From: Minisyncoccota bacterium
GTDB taxonomy: Bacteria; Patescibacteriota; Minisyncoccia; Phycocordibacterales; DASSSU01
DNA: 64,000 nucleotides
Assembly (NCBI GenBank): GCA_035708305.1
Contig: DASSSU010000029.1
Span: 576 to 64,575 of the forward strand
Direction of reading: 5' to 3'
The notes beneath the pieces are model-generated. The model ran no database searches and was not told the origin of the DNA. It saw only the letters and a list, made by a program, of their open reading frames with translations. Both the position numbers and the translations under genes were made by a program. Each line of letters begins with the position of its first letter. Position 1 is the stretch's first letter. This document shows, piece by piece, positions 53,059 through 62,783 of this stretch.

Positions 53059-53838
53059 TCATTGCGTATTTTTACGGCGCTGGATGCCGGGGAAGTGCTC
53101 AAGTGCAAATGTGTTGATCGAAGGAGAAACAGCCAAAAGCTCTGGATGGTTGCCTTTTACGAGCGCATACGGAATTGGCAATCGGCGGATTTCGCGGACC
53201 AGATCGTGAATGGTTTCTCGGGAAGCTTCGTAAAAGCACATTTCTCTTTCTCCGCTGATCCAATCTTGCATTTCCGGCTCCAGGCGGTTTTGGTTCCCAT
53301 TTGCAGCATGGAGAACTTTACGGATGATCTCGGTGTTCGCCTGGAGTGTGGCAGCGGCACACACTTCATTTTGTTTCCGGTAAAAATTTTTTTCCGCAAC
53401 AAAATGCATTTTCTTTTTCTTCCGCAAGCGTCCGAAGTCAATGCCTGGGATCCAGCCGATGATAAGTCCGATCACCTGCAGCTTTGGAAGAGGAAGTGGC
53501 TTTTCTTCGATCCATCCGCGAAGAAGCTTGGTTGCCAGTTCTGCTTCTTTGGGGTGTGCGAGAAAAAAATAATAAAAGTTTTGTGCTCTCTTCTGTGCAT
53601 CAGAAAAATCATTGGGAATGAAAAAACGCTCTCCGGAAGAAAAAGGAGAGCTGTGGTAAATGTCATTTGATTCCGGAAAAGTATGGACCAAGGTTTTCAG
53701 CCAAGATCCAAAATCCGGATTTTTCACGGAAAAAGCAATGAGTGAGCGGACTATTGTTTCTGGATCCGAAAAGCGAACTTCTGAGGAGAGGAGGGGATAT
53801 TTTTTTTCTTCAGATACGTTATAAATATTTAAATACAT
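53059..53838 (-). CDS. Hypothetical protein, co-oriented with the M15 peptidase
   Basis: 259-aa ORF with clean codon structure; no family recognised. Confidence 0.45.
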   Translation of the reverse strand: MYLNIYNVSEEKKYPLLSSEVRFSDPETIVRSLIAFSVKNPDFGSWLKTLVHTFPESNDIYHSSPFSSGERFFIPNDFSDAQKRAQNFYYFFLAHPKEAELATKLLRGWIEEKPLPLPKLQVIGLIIGWIPGIDFGRLRKKKKMHFVAEKNFYRKQNEVCAAATLQANTEIIRKVLHAANGNQNRLEPEMQDWISGEREMCFYEASRETIHDLVREIRRLPIPYALVKGNHPELLAVSPSINTFALEHFPGIQRRKNTQ

Positions 53839-53951
53839 AAAAATGATCTTGAAAAGACATTATACCATGACGCATTTTCAACGTTTTTTCCCTCCTTCGG
53901 CGTTCAAAAGTCTCTAAAAAACTACGATATGGAAGAAATATTTTATCAAGA

Positions 53952-54776
53952 TTGTTTTTCTTTTTTGGAAATGGTATTACAGAATTTTCCGGACAAGAAA
54001 TTTTCATGAATACCACGAATTCTTCCTCGACTCCCGTTTATCTGCAGCCGGCCTCGCTGGGGCTAGCGGTCATTCTTTTATATTTTGCGCACACTTATGA
54101 CGAGTCTTACATTCTTTCAAAAAATTCTCCACATCTTGCCTACGCAGCACAGCAGGTAGAGACGCAGGCACAGGGAGATATTGGGACATCATCTGATTTT
54201 TCACAGGCTCCTGGTGGAGCGAGTATTCTTCCGGGTTCGGATGCGGAGAAGTCGAATATTCAGCTCGCACAAGCATGGTCAGGTTTAGCACCGCGAGTAG
54301 AATCCAGCTCTTCTACAATCAATGCCGCAGGGAATGACATGGAGGCAGTGGAAATAAAAAAACAAGAAGCAAAAGCACTGAACAGTTCACCAATCTCTCC
54401 CTCCACCTCTTCCGAATCTTCGTCTGCCGCACCTTCCAGTAATTTTTCTCATTCTTCTGTTTCACAATCTGAAACGGAAGCCTTGGCGGCACTCAACCCA
54501 AAGCTTCGCCCGGTCTGTGCGTGTGAAAGTGCAGGAAGGTGGACGGGAACACCGCGGCAGTTTGACGCAAATGGCGATCCGCTCATGAATTTTGGCGGAA
54601 CGGGTGATGTAGGCATGTGTCAGATCAATGTTCGGTATCACGAAGAGGATGCCAAAGCACTTGGGTACGACCTCTACACATCCATGGGAAATGTGCTTTT
54701 CGCAAATTACCTTTTTTCCCTTCAAGGGTATCAGCCGTGGCTTGCGAGTGAAGCATGCTGGAGAAACGCACTGTAA
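53952..54776 (+). CDS. Membrane-anchored transglycosylase-like (Rpf-type) domain protein, paralog 2
   Basis: Same C-terminal CACES...W...VGMCQIN...PW..SEACW domain as 50388-51191; the start may be the second ATG at 54006. Confidence 0.55.
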   Translation: MFFFFGNGITEFSGQEIFMNTTNSSSTPVYLQPASLGLAVILLYFAHTYDESYILSKNSPHLAYAAQQVETQAQGDIGTSSDFSQAPGGASILPGSDAEKSNIQLAQAWSGLAPRVESSSSTINAAGNDMEAVEIKKQEAKALNSSPISPSTSSESSSAAPSSNFSHSSVSQSETEALAALNPKLRPVCACESAGRWTGTPRQFDANGDPLMNFGGTGDVGMCQINVRYHEEDAKALGYDLYTSMGNVLFANYLFSLQGYQPWLASEACWRNAL

Positions 54777-54834
54777 TTTTTTTTATTTTCTTCCTTTCAT
54801 TTCTTTGGCAAATGGCATAGAATGACAAGACTTT

Positions 54835-55806
54835 ATGCTGATCGATGAAGCAAAAATTCATATCACTGCCGGCCATGGGGGGAAGGGTGGCATGTATTTC
54901 AACCGGACAAGAATGTCACTCGGACCGACGGGTGGTAATGGCGGTCGTGGCGGAAGCATTGTATTTCGTGCGGTCTCCGATCTGGGGGCGCTTCAATTTT
55001 ATCGCCACAAGAAAAAATTCCAGGCGGAAAATGGACAGGACGGACGGGCACAGTTTGTGGACGGATCGGATGGGCAGGACCTCTTTCTTCCGGTTCCGGT
55101 GGGGACAGTAGTGGAAAATCTCTCTGAAGGAACTTCACGGGAATTGCTGAAAATTGGGGAAGAGTTTCTCGCAGCAAAGGGCGGCGCGGGCGGAAAGGGA
55201 AACTTCAAATTCCGTTCTTCTACGAATACGACTCCGAAAGAATTCCAACCCGGGTTACCGGGGGAGGATTTTGACACGCAGCTTCGTTTAAAGCTTATCG
55301 CGGATGTTGGTTTTGTTGGACTTCCGAATGTGGGCAAGTCCACGCTTTTGAATGCGCTTACGAATGCCAAAAGCAAAGTGGCAGACTATGCCTTTACGAC
55401 ACTGGAACCGCACTTGGGAGTGTATTATGGGATTATTCTCGCGGACATTCCCGGACTCATTGAAGGCGCATCGGAAGGGAAGGGCCTGGGGCATAAATTT
55501 CTCCGTCACATCGAACGCACCGGCGTCCTCTTTCATTTTCTTGCGGCGGATTCGGAAGATATTTTGAATGATTACGAAACGATTCGAAAAGAACTTGCGG
55601 CATTCAGCCCGAGCCTTTCGGAGAAAAAAGAATATCTGATTATCAGCAAAAGCGATCAGGTCTCAGAAAAAGAACTTACCGAACTTCTTCAGAAGGCAAA
55701 AAAAATCAATCCGGAAGCAATCGCCATCACCATGTACGATGATGCAACACTTGAGCCGGTGAAAAAAATTCTGCAAACACTTCTGGAAGAGAAAAAGGTT
55801 TCATAA
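54835..55806 (+). CDS. obg: GTPase Obg
   Basis: Gly-rich Obg fold N-terminus, and G-domain GLPNVGKST. Confidence 0.9.
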   Translation: MLIDEAKIHITAGHGGKGGMYFNRTRMSLGPTGGNGGRGGSIVFRAVSDLGALQFYRHKKKFQAENGQDGRAQFVDGSDGQDLFLPVPVGTVVENLSEGTSRELLKIGEEFLAAKGGAGGKGNFKFRSSTNTTPKEFQPGLPGEDFDTQLRLKLIADVGFVGLPNVGKSTLLNALTNAKSKVADYAFTTLEPHLGVYYGIILADIPGLIEGASEGKGLGHKFLRHIERTGVLFHFLAADSEDILNDYETIRKELAAFSPSLSEKKEYLIISKSDQVSEKELTELLQKAKKINPEAIAITMYDDATLEPVKKILQTLLEEKKVS

Positions 55807-55888
55807 TTTTGATATTTTGCGTTTGGGTTGACAGTCTGCAAAAAGAAAGTACAGTAGCATTGGAATCCGACAAAAAGAGGGTACGTTC

Positions 55889-56455
55889 GTGAACCATCAA
55901 CCTTCATCTACCATTCCTTGTTTGGAAAAATTCCGGCAAGTGTTGATGCCCAGGAGGATACGTCCGTTCTTTGACATGCTGCAGTTCGCTGATTCAAACC
56001 GGATCTACATTTCTCCCAATTTTGAAAATCACATTTTTGTTGAAGCGGTTGTTGAGCAGCTCAATGAATTCCTGATTAGACAGCATCTGCCATCGACCTT
56101 TCTTCGCTTGACCCGTCAAGCGAAGAGTGAACACATTTGGGATCATCTTCCCCCTGGATCGATTTTTGAGAGTCCCAAAGTGTTTTGCATTCTCTTCTCC
56201 ATCATCATAGAGATGACAAAAGTACCAGCTGATTTTGATGTCATCTCTTATGTGCGGGGGAAAAAGCCCAACGATGGTGTGAGGAAACCAAAAGAAAAGC
56301 CGTTTGTGGTAAGGGCTCGCTATCGTCCGCGCAATACTTTGCACTGGCTTTTCGATGCTTTTTTGCCTGAAGGAAGCCGAGTGTGGGAAAAAGATGTTTT
56401 CTTTCTTTCTAACGTCGGAAAAAGAAAATCCGCTCTTGATGTGGAAGAAAAATAG
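55889..56455 (+). CDS. Hypothetical protein (GTG start in track; an in-frame ATG lies at 55946)
   Basis: 188-aa ORF followed by a strong terminator. Confidence 0.4.
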   Translation: MNHQPSSTIPCLEKFRQVLMPRRIRPFFDMLQFADSNRIYISPNFENHIFVEAVVEQLNEFLIRQHLPSTFLRLTRQAKSEHIWDHLPPGSIFESPKVFCILFSIIIEMTKVPADFDVISYVRGKKPNDGVRKPKEKPFVVRARYRPRNTLHWLFDAFLPEGSRVWEKDVFFLSNVGKRKSALDVEEK

Positions 56456-56482
56456 TTGACCATGGGTGCGTGTAAGCGCTTT

Positions 56483-56520
56483 GACCCTCCGAAGTCTTTC
56501 CGGAGGGTTTTTGTTTTTGC
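56483..56520. terminator. Bidirectional rho-independent terminator
   Basis: accctccg / cggagggt plus a T-run. Confidence 0.55.
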
Positions 56521-56528
56521 AAATTTTT

Positions 56529-57440
56529 CTATGAACCCGAACTGATTTTTTGGAAAGTGGTCACCGTGTATCCCGCCTGCTTGATAGCATCGAGCAGCTG
56601 AAGGTAGGATTGGTATTCTGTCTGGTTTAAGTTCCCTTGAGCATCGGCATAGTTCTGTGGGTGAATCATGATCACACAGAAATTTTTTGTCTGGAAAGTT
56701 GTTTCGCATTCATTGATGACGTCTTGCGCGTCAGAGAAAGTGTTGGTGGTGTAGTTCCAGCTGGAAGCATCGTAATCGTATTTGCCGGTTCCTTGAGCGG
56801 AAATAACATCAAAGCCTGCTTGAGTCACTGCTTCTCTGGCAGGATCAGAAATGACGTTGTTCGGAGGGATAAACGTGGTGAGATTTTGCTTGGTGAGGAA
56901 CGGAAGGTTTTTAAACAGAATCGCTTCCCCGAGCTGGATTTTTTGTGCTGCCTCGCTCTGTGTGAGATCTCCAAACTCTGGGCCGGAAACGCTGACACCA
57001 TTTTGGATCACATGGTGTGTATAGCCGTGCATGGCTACTTCAATGTTGCAGTGATTATTGTCAAGAAACTGAAGTAGTGTGGCGTTTTCAGAAAGGTTGA
57101 TCGGTATGACTGCCGCAACCACAGGGAAGCCTTTGGCGAAAGCATCTTTCATCATCTCCATGCTGATGTTGGTCCATCCGTATGCCTGGACGTCGTCAAT
57201 TCGTAAAATCACTTGTTTGTTTGAAGACGGCTGAGGTGGCAGTGGAACACACCCGTATGTGTCGGCACCGGACGCCATGCTGACAATCGGTGTCATTCCC
57301 ATTCCTGAAAAGTACAGAAAAACAATAAGAATAGACAAAAGTACCGCGAGAAAAACAAGGAAGCGGTTGAACGGAGAAGATTTCCGCCGCGGCGGATCCG
57401 GGAGGGGAAAATATGGTTGTGGTTGAAGTTCTGGTGGCAT
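56529..57440 (-). CDS. Membrane-anchored polysaccharide-deacetylase-like (DUF2334/CE4-like) protein
   Basis: RIDDV..., HGYTH and MIHPQ blocks after an N-terminal TM helix; the family call is tentative. Confidence 0.45.
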   Translation of the reverse strand: MPPELQPQPYFPLPDPPRRKSSPFNRFLVFLAVLLSILIVFLYFSGMGMTPIVSMASGADTYGCVPLPPQPSSNKQVILRIDDVQAYGWTNISMEMMKDAFAKGFPVVAAVIPINLSENATLLQFLDNNHCNIEVAMHGYTHHVIQNGVSVSGPEFGDLTQSEAAQKIQLGEAILFKNLPFLTKQNLTTFIPPNNVISDPAREAVTQAGFDVISAQGTGKYDYDASSWNYTTNTFSDAQDVINECETTFQTKNFCVIMIHPQNYADAQGNLNQTEYQSYLQLLDAIKQAGYTVTTFQKISSGS

Positions 57441-57547
57441 ATGAAAATTCTCTTTTATATATACAAATATTTTACGCGGGGTTTTAACGAAACTTATGAA
57501 GAGAATTTATGCCAGTCTGTCGCGTTTGTCAATGAAGAAGGGATGGG

Positions 57548-57574
57548 TTGACAAGAAAGACTTCGTGTTATATT
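57548..57574 (+). promoter_or_regulatory. Candidate promoter (TTGACA, 15 nt, TATATT) for the small gene at 57612
   Basis: Hexamers read from sequence. Confidence 0.35.
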
Positions 57575-57611
57575 TTTTAGAGTGGAATTACCAAATCGCA
57601 GAGGTGTGAAG

Positions 57612-57884
57612 ATGGATAAAAAAACGGACGAAGAAGACGGTGAAGTACTCCGGGAAGTGATTCGTACGGGATATCTTGCGTATTGTGAGATGAATCCCAA
57701 TAACCACCTACTCAGTCATAAAGAAAAATTTGCGGGTGGTGCACAAATCCTTCTGAATCTCTTCAGGTGTCTCGGAGGAGCACCAGGAATCATAGATCTC
57801 CTCAGTGGAAGAACAAAAATAGTGTCGATCAAGTCGGAAGATGTTAAGTCCGGCGACAAGACGAATAGTATCAATTATTTTTAA
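57612..57884 (+). CDS. Small hypothetical protein (~90 aa)
   Basis: GAGGTG lies 5 nt upstream; it has its own promoter-like motif and a strong terminator. Confidence 0.35.
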   Translation: MDKKTDEEDGEVLREVIRTGYLAYCEMNPNNHLLSHKEKFAGGAQILLNLFRCLGGAPGIIDLLSGRTKIVSIKSEDVKSGDKTNSINYF

Positions 57885-57897
57885 AATTGAGTATTCT

Positions 57898-57934
57898 AGC
57901 CCCGAACACCCGCTTCGGGGCTTTTATTTTTTTG
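57898..57934 (+). terminator. Rho-independent terminator
   Basis: agccccgaa / ttcggggct plus a T-run. Confidence 0.6.
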
Positions 57935-57970
57935 AATTTCAATTTCAAAAATTTTTTAATTTTTTAGAGA

Positions 57971-58957
57971 TTATTTCTCTGGCGAGTCGGATGCGTATTC
58001 AATGTCCTCTCCCGCCAAAGAGTGATCTTGCAGCATGGTTTTTGACCCCGCAAGGATGACCAGTCCGGTGATGAGGATGACTCCACAAAGCGCCTCAAAG
58101 AAGAGCGTGATCTTTGTGTGCCGCAGCACATCGCCAAAGAGAACGATTCCCAGGATCACTGCACCCAAAGAAGCGGCGGTCATCATGGCAGGCTGTGAAG
58201 CGGAGAGCGGCCCCGAGCTGTAGGCGTTTTGCACCAGAAGTACCGACGAAACGCCCACGAGAAGAAGTGCGTATACTTGCCATCCGGTGAGAAAAGCCGG
58301 AATGCCCTCCGAAAGGCGTATGACTGCGAGTTTGGTAAATGCTCCAGTGAGTGCAAACCCGCTTCCGGCTACGAACCCCAAAAGCGCCGCACGGGAGATT
58401 TTTCCCAGGTGCCGCGCGGTGAAGACAGAAACAAGAACTATCAGGGCGATCAAGCTACCGCTCACGATCCAGGCTCCCGGATGAAACATTTCTGTTCCAC
58501 CACCTGGGTTCGCTGCCAGCAAGAAACCACTTAACCCCAAAATAATTGCGACCGCGCCGCTCCACTCTCTTGTGCCGAGCGGCACATGATATTCAAAATA
58601 CAAAATCGCGAGCAGGAAAAGCAGGTCTACGGTCATGATCGGCTCTACAAGCGAAAGCTGCCCTTTGCTGAGCGCGGCCGCTTCAAAAACAAACGCGACT
58701 ACTTGACAGAGAATCCCGGCAATCCAAATCGGGTGAGTGAGAAGGTAGGAAAGGAGTTTGGCAGTGAAGAGTGAATCGGGCGGCGCTTCCTTTCCGGCGC
58801 GCCGCTGAAGCACGGAAGCAAGAGCGTTAAAAAAAGCTGCCGCGAGTGCAAAGATGATGGCAAGTGAAATCATTTTTTCATTATAGATGATTTTTGAAAA
58901 AAGATTGATGAGGAATGCACAGAGAGAACAAGAGAAGAAAAGAAAAAGTTTTTTCAA
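57971..58957 (-). CDS. Polytopic membrane protein, DMT/EamA-like transporter superfamily (~10 TM)
   Basis: Hydrophobicity pattern; the true start may be the internal Met MISLAII. Confidence 0.5.
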   Translation of the reverse strand: MKKLFLFFSCSLCAFLINLFSKIIYNEKMISLAIIFALAAAFFNALASVLQRRAGKEAPPDSLFTAKLLSYLLTHPIWIAGILCQVVAFVFEAAALSKGQLSLVEPIMTVDLLFLLAILYFEYHVPLGTREWSGAVAIILGLSGFLLAANPGGGTEMFHPGAWIVSGSLIALIVLVSVFTARHLGKISRAALLGFVAGSGFALTGAFTKLAVIRLSEGIPAFLTGWQVYALLLVGVSSVLLVQNAYSSGPLSASQPAMMTAASLGAVILGIVLFGDVLRHTKITLFFEALCGVILITGLVILAGSKTMLQDHSLAGEDIEYASDSPEK

Positions 58958-59070
58958 AAAAATTTATAAATGTAAAAAATTTCAAAATGTTAATATTTCC
59001 TTCAGGTTTTTTTTCTATAATAATGAAAGTTTATTCGCAACCGCGAACACTCGCGGAAAAATAAAAATAT

Positions 59071-59289
59071 ATGCCAAAAGCAAAATCAAAAAAGCAGCAA
59101 ATGGCAGCCGGAGCGGCACTCAGTGCCAAGAGAGGGAAACGCAAGAAGTCTTCTCTGAAAGGCGCATCAAAGTCTATGAGCAAATCTATGTCGGAACGTC
59201 AGCTGGAGAACATGGCGCGGACAAAGCGAAAGGATAAGCCAGTGCGAAAAAGTCCAAAGAGGAAGAAAACCGTGCAGAAGAAAAAATAA
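59071..59289 (+). CDS. Small lysine-rich basic protein (DUF3008-like)
   Basis: MPKAKSKKQQMAAGAALSAKRGKRKKSSLKGASKSMSKSMSERQLENMA resembles DUF3008 family proteins. Confidence 0.45.
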   Translation: MPKAKSKKQQMAAGAALSAKRGKRKKSSLKGASKSMSKSMSERQLENMARTKRKDKPVRKSPKRKKTVQKKK

Positions 59290-59292
59290 ATT

Positions 59293-59646
59293 TTAGTCTT
59301 TGCGCAGGGATTCCAGGAATTTGAGCAGTGTAGGAATATGTGAATGTTCCAAATCTTTCACAGCGGTGAGCAGAGTCACGTTCTTTTTCCACCTGTGAAC
59401 TTCTTCGGAAAGATCTTTTTTGTTGCTTTGCAATTCTTCCCGATACGCTTTTTCAAATCCGCTCCAGTTTCTTCCTTTATTTTCGTGAAACCACGAGCGA
59501 AGTTCGTTTGAAGGGGTGGCTTCTTTGAACCAAAAGTCCACCTGAGCTTTGTCTTTGGAAATCCCGCGTGGCCACAGCCGGTCTACCAATACGCGAAACC
59601 CGTCACTTTTTTTCGGGTCATCGTAAATTCTTTTAATTTTTATCAT
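59293..59646 (-). CDS. DUF488 family protein
   Basis: MIKIKRIYDDP..DGFRVLVDRLWPRGISK signature. Confidence 0.7.
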   Translation of the reverse strand: MIKIKRIYDDPKKSDGFRVLVDRLWPRGISKDKAQVDFWFKEATPSNELRSWFHENKGRNWSGFEKAYREELQSNKKDLSEEVHRWKKNVTLLTAVKDLEHSHIPTLLKFLESLRKD

Positions 59647-59732
59647 ACGTGCATTATATCACCCCTGATTTTCAAGGGTGTGAACTTTGGGCGGATAAAA
59701 AACCAGCGAAACAGGCGTCGCACAAAAAAGTG

Positions 59733-59778
59733 AGACAAAAAAACAACCCCGGAAAATACGAGGGTTGTTTTTTTATTT
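59733..59778. terminator. Bidirectional terminator hairpin downstream of the glycoside hydrolase gene
   Basis: aacaaccc ... gggttgtt, with a 12-nt loop and flanking A/T runs. Confidence 0.45.
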
Positions 59779-59793
59779 TGTTTAATTTTCCTT

Positions 59794-61128
59794 TTACTGT
59801 ACGGACTCCGATCCGATCTCCTGCTGGGGGTCAAAGCTTTCCAGGAGTGGCATTTCCGCTGCAAGGGTCGCTGCTGACCATGCCTGGAGACGACAGGCCC
59901 CTTGTCCGGTGGCGGAGCGATATTCCTGGTACCCTTCGTCGTACACAAAAAGTTCAAGCGGTGTGTCGAAGTGAAGCAAGGCTTTGGCGAGTGCTTCCCG
60001 AACTTGTTCCGCTTCTTTCTCATACCCGAAACGATCCAGTCCTTCAGCGATCATACCGGTGTCATGCGGCCAGATGGATCCGTTGTGGTAGCTGTTTGCC
60101 TCAAATTGTGAAGAATCTTTTGAAAGGGTGCGAATGCCCGCTTCCGGTTCAAAAAGATCGTTTTGCATGAGACGCTTTACTAAGAACGGAATATATTTCT
60201 CGTCCAAAATCGTATCCGGCTGCTCGCTCCCGTCAAACTTCCACGATGCCCAGAGCACGTGTCCCTGGCTGGAGCGCGCCGCTTCAAGTGGTTTGCCGAC
60301 TCCGTCAATGCCGTTTGCAATGGAGAAGTTTTCGCTCTCTAAAACAAATTTTTCATTGAATGCTTTTTTTAAAGTGGCAGCTCTTTCGCTCAGTTCTTTT
60401 GCAAAATCACTTTCTTTTTTTTCATGGGCAAAGAAATCCGACCACATGCGAAGCGCCATGTATGCGTACGCCTGAACTTCTACGGGTGCGATCGGGTAAG
60501 GGGTTTCGCTGCCGTCTTCGTGAAAGAGTGATTCGTCGCTGTCCATCCAGCTTTGTACGTGAAGTCCACCGTGAACGCGTTCTGGGCTGAACTGGTAGTC
60601 AATAAACTGGTCGCCATTGCTGTCGCCGTAATCCAAAACCCATCGGAGTGCTGCGCGGACGTGTGGAAGCGCGTTTTCGAGAAATTCTTGATCACCGGAC
60701 GCCTTCCAATATCGGTAGGTCGCCATGAGCAGAAGCGGCGTGCCGTCCACCGTGTCATAAATTCGCATTTTTCCATCTGGGTAGACGTACCATGGCGGGT
60801 TGTGCCACTTGGTCAAATGCTCGTGATTTTCCGGGCGATACTCATGAATACACTTTCCTGGTTCTTCGCCGCTTTCAATATTGACTTCTTTCCCCTGAAG
60901 GAGAAAAAGATTTTCGAGTGATTTTTTCACAACCGAGAGAAGATGAGCATCGCCATTGTATTGATAGGCGCGGATCAGCTTCATGTCGGTAATGAGTGAA
61001 TCCCGGCCAAAAATGCATCCAAAAATTTCCTCTCGTCCGGAAGCAAGAATGCCGGTGTCCGTCTCAAGCTCCTTTACGGCGGCGAGTCCTATGGAGGACA
61101 AGTGCCGAGTCATTTCGTTCGTCATCAT
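59794..61128 (-). CDS. Amylo-alpha-1,6-glucosidase / glycogen-debranching-enzyme-like (alpha/alpha)6-barrel glycoside hydrolase
   Basis: GDE_C-like blocks such as YHNGSIWPHDT, and conserved acidic residues. Confidence 0.55.
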   Translation of the reverse strand: MMTNEMTRHLSSIGLAAVKELETDTGILASGREEIFGCIFGRDSLITDMKLIRAYQYNGDAHLLSVVKKSLENLFLLQGKEVNIESGEEPGKCIHEYRPENHEHLTKWHNPPWYVYPDGKMRIYDTVDGTPLLLMATYRYWKASGDQEFLENALPHVRAALRWVLDYGDSNGDQFIDYQFSPERVHGGLHVQSWMDSDESLFHEDGSETPYPIAPVEVQAYAYMALRMWSDFFAHEKKESDFAKELSERAATLKKAFNEKFVLESENFSIANGIDGVGKPLEAARSSQGHVLWASWKFDGSEQPDTILDEKYIPFLVKRLMQNDLFEPEAGIRTLSKDSSQFEANSYHNGSIWPHDTGMIAEGLDRFGYEKEAEQVREALAKALLHFDTPLELFVYDEGYQEYRSATGQGACRLQAWSAATLAAEMPLLESFDPQQEIGSESVQ

Positions 61129-61503
61129 GTGAGTGCTGTTTTAACATTGAATAATCTGAGAATCTTGTCCTCGTGTTGTTCTGGAAGACGCGTGGAAAGC
61201 AGGATTCTTACCCGAATATCAATATTTTATCGGATTTTTCTGAAGTTTTCCTGAAATTTTGTAAGAATTCCGTGTTTTTTCCGTCTCATGCGGTAGCGCA
61301 AAAGGGCGATCTTAATGCAGGAAAAACAGTCTGCCGTAAGATTACTCATATTTTGCCGGAGGTTTTTCAAAAAATCTCCCGAGTTCTTTCACAGTTTTTA
61401 GTTTCTAATCTTGTTCAGCAGCGAGAGGAATCTCTAAATGGCTTACCCATTTACTCGCGATATCAATGTTCTTGATCGCGGCTCAAATTCTTTGCGCATT
61501 GCC

Positions 61504-62622
61504 ATGGTCGCTCCTTTGGTAGAGAGCGTGCCGCCGAAGTATTATGGCGGAACGGAGCGAGTCATGGATTGGCTCATAAAAGCGCTTCTTCAAATGGGGC
61601 ATCGTATCACGCTTTTTGCGAGCGGTGATTCTGTTACTGGCGCAGAGCTTCATGCTTGTGTACCGAAAAATCTTCGCGAGATGTGGAAAGAAATTCCGGA
61701 TGATCAGAAACCGGAAGATTACGTCGCGTGGCAAAAGCGCTACACCAAGAAAATGCTTGACGATGTGTACCTCCTCGCCATGAATGGCGAGTTTGATGTT
61801 GTTCATTTAAATGTGGACGACCCATATGCGTTTGAGCTTTTCTCAGACACAAATCTTCCGTGCGCGGTTGTTATGACCATGCATGGTCGGCAGGATTATA
61901 AGTGGCTCCACGCTGCATACAGGAAGCATCCGCTTCCATTGGTATCAATTTCCAATAATCAGCGTGAGTTAATGGTTCCAAACGCCAACTGGGCAGGAAC
62001 CGTATACCATGGTTTGCCGGAGGATTTGTATCAAGTAGAAAATGCGGAGCAAGGTGAGTACTTGCTTTTCATTGGACGCACCAGTCCCGAAAAAGGACTG
62101 AAACAGGCGATAGAGATTGCCGTAAAGGCAAACATGGAGTTGAAGATTGTTGCGAAGATTGATCCAAGTGAGGAAGATTACTTTTGGAAGGAAATCCAAC
62201 CGCTAATTTTCGAAAACCATTCCCTGGTTAAATTCTGTGGTGAGAAGGGAGATGCTGAAAAGCAGGAACTTCTCTCTGGCGCACGGGCGCTTCTTTTCCC
62301 GATTTGTTGGCCCGAACCGTTTGGCCTTGTGATGATCGAAGCCATGGCTACCGGCCGGCCGGTGATTGCTTACCGGCATGGTTCTGTGCCGGAGGTTCTC
62401 CAACATGGAGAAACCGGATTTATCATCAAGGATGACGCGGAAGCTGCGGCTTTGTCGGTTGAGATGGCAAAGCACCTCAAACCCCAAAACATCCGTCGGA
62501 TTTTTAAAGATCGATTTTCCAATGTTCGTATGGCGGAAGGGTACGTGGAGATTTACAAAAAATTAATCTCCGAGAACCAAGTCGCAAGAAAGCCAAAAGC
62601 TTTCACCAAACTGGCAGGATAG
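61504..62622 (+). CDS. Glycosyltransferase family 4, tandem paralog 1
   Basis: MVAPLVESVPP..YGGTERV N-terminus and EPFGLVMIEAMATGRPV C-terminal GT-B motif; an in-frame upstream ATG at 61438 is less likely. Confidence 0.75.
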   Translation: MVAPLVESVPPKYYGGTERVMDWLIKALLQMGHRITLFASGDSVTGAELHACVPKNLREMWKEIPDDQKPEDYVAWQKRYTKKMLDDVYLLAMNGEFDVVHLNVDDPYAFELFSDTNLPCAVVMTMHGRQDYKWLHAAYRKHPLPLVSISNNQRELMVPNANWAGTVYHGLPEDLYQVENAEQGEYLLFIGRTSPEKGLKQAIEIAVKANMELKIVAKIDPSEEDYFWKEIQPLIFENHSLVKFCGEKGDAEKQELLSGARALLFPICWPEPFGLVMIEAMATGRPVIAYRHGSVPEVLQHGETGFIIKDDAEAAALSVEMAKHLKPQNIRRIFKDRFSNVRMAEGYVEIYKKLISENQVARKPKAFTKLAG

Positions 62623-62659
62623 CTGAACTGTAAAAACAAAACTGAAATAAATGTAATCA

Positions 62660-62696
62660 AAAGGACCTCTTTCGCGGGGTCCTTTCTTTATTTTTT
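62660..62696 (+). terminator. Weak hairpin plus a T-run between the GT4 paralogs
   Basis: aggacc ... ggtcct plus ttctttatttttt. Confidence 0.35.
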
Positions 62697-62707
62697 AAAT
62701 AAAAGCT

Positions 62708-62735
62708 TTTCCAATTTACTTTGATATGGTATAAT
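62708..62735 (+). promoter_or_regulatory. Candidate promoter with an extended -10 (TGgTATAAT) for GT4 paralog 2
   Basis: The tataat at 62730-62735 is preceded by tgg; the track ORF ATG at 62721 lies inside this promoter, so the real start is 62784. Confidence 0.35.
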
Positions 62736-62783
62736 CCACCTATCAATTTGTTCAATCACAAAAATATCAAGCTCCGTATCGCC

